From positions 1,211 through 65,210 of the forward strand of contig NZ_JAIXST010000034.1 of the NCBI RefSeq assembly GCF_027484545.1: DNA of 64,000 bases, written 5' to 3'. The notes below the pieces were generated by a model. It ran no database searches. It worked only from the letters and a program-made list of their open reading frames with translations, and was not told the DNA's origin. The translations under genes and the position numbers were made by a program. The stretch comes from Runella sp. Lineage in GTDB: Bacteria; Bacteroidota; Bacteroidia; Cytophagales; Spirosomataceae. Positions 60,409 through 64,000 of this stretch are shown piece after piece (within the stretch, counting starts at the first letter, position 1; every line of letters starts with the position of its first letter).

Positions 60409-61332
60409 TTAATTGATTTTGTATCCTGAATAATCTTCAATTGCCTGCATGATATTGATTCCTTTTTTCAGAGCAAGGTGTTTAATTTCAATTATTTTTG
60501 CATCTACTAAAAAACGATACCAAAAACCCTGCAAAAAATGATATATCAACCCTTCTTTTCCGTCCAAAAACCCGAATAATATAAAGTACCTGTAGAGAAA
60601 ATATAATAAACTACGAAATAATAATAGTCTTTTTGAATAAATTACATTTTTAAAAAAACGAGTACGATGAGTGGAGTTTTTTAAAATTTGCTTTTTATCT
60701 AAAAACTCATCTTTAACACTTAAGTTAAATTCTTCATTTAGTTGAGCAATAGCCTCTCTTATAGCATAATTATTATGCTTGCTAATCATCCAAGTTAATG
60801 TGTTAAGGTTATCATGAATAAAATCGTGTTTGAAACTTATACTTTCTCCTTCGGTTATTTTGATATGTTCATCCATTAGACGTTGTTCCATAATACCTTT
60901 AGTGAATTTCCAAAGACGCAATAATCTAAGAGGGTATCTGCCTCCAAATTTAATCCATTTGTCAAGGTAATATTGCCTAAGATTAAAGTAAATTCCACTA
61001 ATATTATCTGGTAATAATGGCAATTTAATTGTTATTTCATTAATTAAATCATCAGTAAAATATTCATCCGCGTCTAATTTTAAAACCCACTCAGTATTGA
61101 TATTACAATTATTTAAAGCCCACTGAAATTGATTTGCTTGATTGATGAATTTGTTTTGATAGAAATCAATTTTAAACTGGTTAGCAATAAGAAATGTATT
61201 GTCATTTGAAAATGAATCAACGATACAAATTCTGTTGGCAATTTTTAATGCACTTTTAATACAGCGTTCGATATGAATTTCTTCATTGTAAGTAAGGATA
61301 ATAACACTTATATCAGCCTTTATCTGGTTCAT
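60409..61332 (-). CDS. Glycosyltransferase family 2
   Basis: ISVIILTYNEEIHIERC, IVDSFSNDNT, WVLKLDADE, FLQGFWYRFLVD. Confidence 0.92.
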   Translation of the reverse strand: MNQIKADISVIILTYNEEIHIERCIKSALKIANRICIVDSFSNDNTFLIANQFKIDFYQNKFINQANQFQWALNNCNINTEWVLKLDADEYFTDDLINEITIKLPLLPDNISGIYFNLRQYYLDKWIKFGGRYPLRLLRLWKFTKGIMEQRLMDEHIKITEGESISFKHDFIHDNLNTLTWMISKHNNYAIREAIAQLNEEFNLSVKDEFLDKKQILKNSTHRTRFFKNVIYSKRLLLFRSLLYFLYRYFILFGFLDGKEGLIYHFLQGFWYRFLVDAKIIEIKHLALKKGINIMQAIEDYSGYKIN

Positions 61333-61333
61333 T

Positions 61334-62135
61334 TTACACATTAATTACATTAAGATTACGAATTATTTCTTGGTATTTTTCCTTCGGGATACAAATATAG
61401 TCTTCTGTAGTGTGAGTTATGCCTTGATACATTCTTGCATCAACAAACTCGTAGTTAAATTTCTTCAAAATTGCTTGAATATCCAGAGCAATGTGTTGGA
61501 AAACTTCAATAAAAATTAATGGGCGTATTTCTTCCATCATTTTGTAATACTGATATTTCAGCACCTTCAACGTCAATTTTGACAAAATTAGGGTGTGGGA
61601 AAATAGTGAGTAAAAAATCTAAATTAAAAGTAGGAACAGTAATTGAAGTTCTAATCCCTCCTGACTGTGAAGAGCCTGATGAAAACGAGAGAAAATTCAT
61701 ACTGCGGGATGCCTCTGCAATATTAAATTCCGCAAATCCTACATTTTCTGAAATGGCAACAGGCAATAGCTTTATTTTATAATCTAAGTTGGAATCTATA
61801 GACTTTTTTAATACACTCTGCATAAAAGTATCAGCCTCTACAATTAAGCAATAACCGTTTTTTCCCGCTTTGTATATAGCGGGAAAAGCAAAAATACCTA
61901 CACTACCACCTATGTCCCATATTACATTACCTTCATTTATTAAATCTTTTACGACTTTGTATATTTCATGATTATGCCGATGTGACATATTTAATTTCCA
62001 ATATCTTAGGCTTGCATCAGGCGATACAAAAATAGGTAAGCTTCCGAATTGCTTAGGAAGTTTACGCTTTAATATTAGATTTCTACTCAATAATTCCCCT
62101 ATTTTTCTTATCATTCCAAATATGCGTTTATCCAT
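61334..62135 (-). pseudogene. FkbM family methyltransferase, frameshifted
   Basis: N-part WDIGGSVG...KIDVEGAEISVLQ; the C-part MEEIRPLIFIEV continues in another frame near 61540. Confidence 0.8.
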
Positions 62136-62226
62136 TTGTCAGTATTTAAAAATATATTGAACTCATTTTGTATTAAATTAAAAGCATTACGCTTGTACAA
62201 TATTGTGCTACGTTTTTAAAATTCAT

Positions 62227-62430
62227 TTAATCCGTCCATTTGCGTACAATAATTTTTATATGTTTATCCATCCATCGATGTTCCATTTCTCCTTTACCTG
62301 CCCTCCAAATTCTTAGTAATTTGAGTGGATAACGGCCTTCAAACCTTATCCACTTACCTAAATAGCATTGTTCTATATGAATTTCTTCATTAAAAGTAAG
62401 TATTATTGCACTTATATCCTTCATTGACAT
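62227..62430 (-). pseudogene. GT2 relic with large internal deletion (paralog of 60409..61332)
   Basis: DISAIILTFNEEIHIEQC joined directly to YLGKWIRFEGRYPLKLLRIW; about 97 aa including the DxD motif are missing, and it is truncated afterwards. Confidence 0.85.
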
Positions 62431-63560
62431 TGTGAGTTTATGGAATTATATGAATCAATCCAGATATTTATATTGTTAAAAATATCCAGTTCTTTGTGTA
62501 CTAATTTAAGAGCATTTTGTGAATACTCAAAGTGCCTCTCAAGAGGCATAGCAACTATTTTTTCGATTATATCTGTTAATATTTCAGGAGAATTGTTTAC
62601 CCAATATCCTGCCTCATAATGGTTCAAAGATTCCCAAGGAGTATTAATTGATGCAACAACAGGTGTGCCTTGTGATAGTGCTTCTACTGCTGATATTCCA
62701 AAATTTTCCGAATATGATGGCATAAAAAGAAAATACGCTTTAGCTAATAACAGTTGCTTTTCTAAGCCATCAATGTGCCCTAAAAATTGAACTTTATTAT
62801 CTAAATTAAGTTCTTTATGCATATTTAAAATGTACCTTCCATATTCATTATCATAGTTTCCTGCTATTTTTAAGGTAAATTTTGAAGTTAAAAAAGATTT
62901 AGAATTAGATAAAGCTCTTAGTAAATTATCAATACCTTTTTTCTGGTGAAAACGCCCTATATATAAGAAATAGAATTTCTTCAATGATTCGTGTTTTTGT
63001 GGGATAACTATAAAATTTGTAATTTGAAAAATATTTGTATTTTTTCCAATATATTTACGAACAAAATACGTTTCTTCGCTACTTGTGGTATGGAAAGCGA
63101 CTTTTTTTAAGAATGGCTTTAGAAAAAATATCGTTAACTTTTTAAAAAAACCATTTTTTTTAAATTCAATATCATCTAATGAGCCACGGCTCGACCAAAC
63201 TATTTTCTTTTTAAAGAGGATAGAAATGAAAAAACAGACAATTGAAGGTGGATAAAAAAAAGATGATAAATGTACAATGTCACTATTGTTAACTTTTTTT
63301 ATAAAAGATATAATTATGGGTATGCCTAAATTAATATTATTGGTCTTTAAATATATAACTTTTCCATAATCAGTGTCAAGCCAGTTATTTTCTACAATCC
63401 TATCGGGTTTAATTCCGTACGAGCTTGTAATTGTAGTCAGATCAATTTTTTCAGTTGCGTATAGACCCTTCAAAAGCCAATAAAGAGATAAACTCACCCC
63501 TCCAGATTCATTTGGATATAATGTTCCTACTGGGAAAAGTATTTTTAATTTCGGATTCAT
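62421..63560 (-). CDS. Glycosyltransferase family 4 (GT-B)
   Basis: GGVSLS, FLYIGRFHQKKGID, PSYSENFGISAVEALSQGTPVV. Confidence 0.92.
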   Translation of the reverse strand: MNPKLKILFPVGTLYPNESGGVSLSLYWLLKGLYATEKIDLTTITSSYGIKPDRIVENNWLDTDYGKVIYLKTNNINLGIPIIISFIKKVNNSDIVHLSSFFYPPSIVCFFISILFKKKIVWSSRGSLDDIEFKKNGFFKKLTIFFLKPFLKKVAFHTTSSEETYFVRKYIGKNTNIFQITNFIVIPQKHESLKKFYFLYIGRFHQKKGIDNLLRALSNSKSFLTSKFTLKIAGNYDNEYGRYILNMHKELNLDNKVQFLGHIDGLEKQLLLAKAYFLFMPSYSENFGISAVEALSQGTPVVASINTPWESLNHYEAGYWVNNSPEILTDIIEKIVAMPLERHFEYSQNALKLVHKELDIFNNINIWIDSYNSINSQCQ

Positions 63561-64000
63561 AAATTGTTTTTGATCAGATAGGCTTCAATGGTTACTAGTG
63601 CCCATATATGAAGCCACAGAATTCCATTTTTGCTTTTCTCAAAGTCAGTTAGTAACCCAAATAGTACTTTTTTGTCAAATATGTCTCTTTTAGAAAGAGA
63701 GTTAATGTGTTCTTTACAAAAGTCACTTAAATCGGTTTTTAACCAATTGCTCCAAGGAAAGGTAAATCCCTTTTTAGGACGGTTAATAATTTCTAAGGGA
63801 ATGACATCACATAAGGCTTTTACTAATAAACTTTTAGAGATTTTAGGATTGTATTTGAATTTATCTGGTACTGATAATAAAAATTCAATCAAATGATAAT
63901 CAAAAAACGGTTCCCGTATTTCAAGAGCAGAAGCCATACTCATCTGATCTGTATCTTTTAATAGAACATCTAAGGTATAGTTAGTCAATTCTGCAATACT
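63557..64000 (-). CDS. asnB: Asparagine synthase (glutamine-hydrolysing) family amidotransferase, C-terminal part
   Basis: LLKDTDQMSMASALEIREPFFD, RPKKGFTFP; the frame stays open to the window edge. Confidence 0.85.
   Translation of the reverse strand, partial: SIAELTNYTLDVLLKDTDQMSMASALEIREPFFDYHLIEFLLSVPDKFKYNPKISKSLLVKALCDVIPLEIINRPKKGFTFPWSNWLKTDLSDFCKEHINSLSKRDIFDKKVLFGLLTDFEKSKNGILWLHIWALVTIEAYLIKNNL

Overview
A mostly core-genome segment of a Bacteroidota, most likely a Cytophagales/Spirosomataceae (Runella-like) chromosome. This is inferred from TAnnTTTG promoters, a T9SS type-B CTD protein, the Bacteroidetes-type sdhCAB and the protein families present. Housekeeping genes are ade (partial), rarA, ddl, pyrG, miaA, trxA, rplY, prs, trpS, sdhCAB, fabD and tRNA-Gln(TTG). 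Accessory genes include a Doc-family toxin-antitoxin pair, a lone circularly permuted ATP-grasp ligase, a class A2 beta-lactamase and a GH16. A partly decayed capsule/EPS locus fills about 50.7-64 kb. The two strongest leads are: (1) an 899-aa single polypeptide fusing a Cas4/TM0106-like Cys-liganded domain and a DEDD-type exonuclease to an intact IS66 DDE transposase, with no IS66 accessory ORFs or clear terminal repeats; and (2) a four-helix-bundle gene inside the sdh operon bracketed by inverted GATAAC heptamer arrays, with a gene-less copy of the same bracket at the neighbouring sdhC-sdhA junction. Other intergenic spacers carry further inverted heptamer arrays and a thrice-repeated 15-17 bp GC-rich motif. 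No CRISPR array, rRNA or integrase was seen. All calls are from motif reading by eye; no database searches were run.
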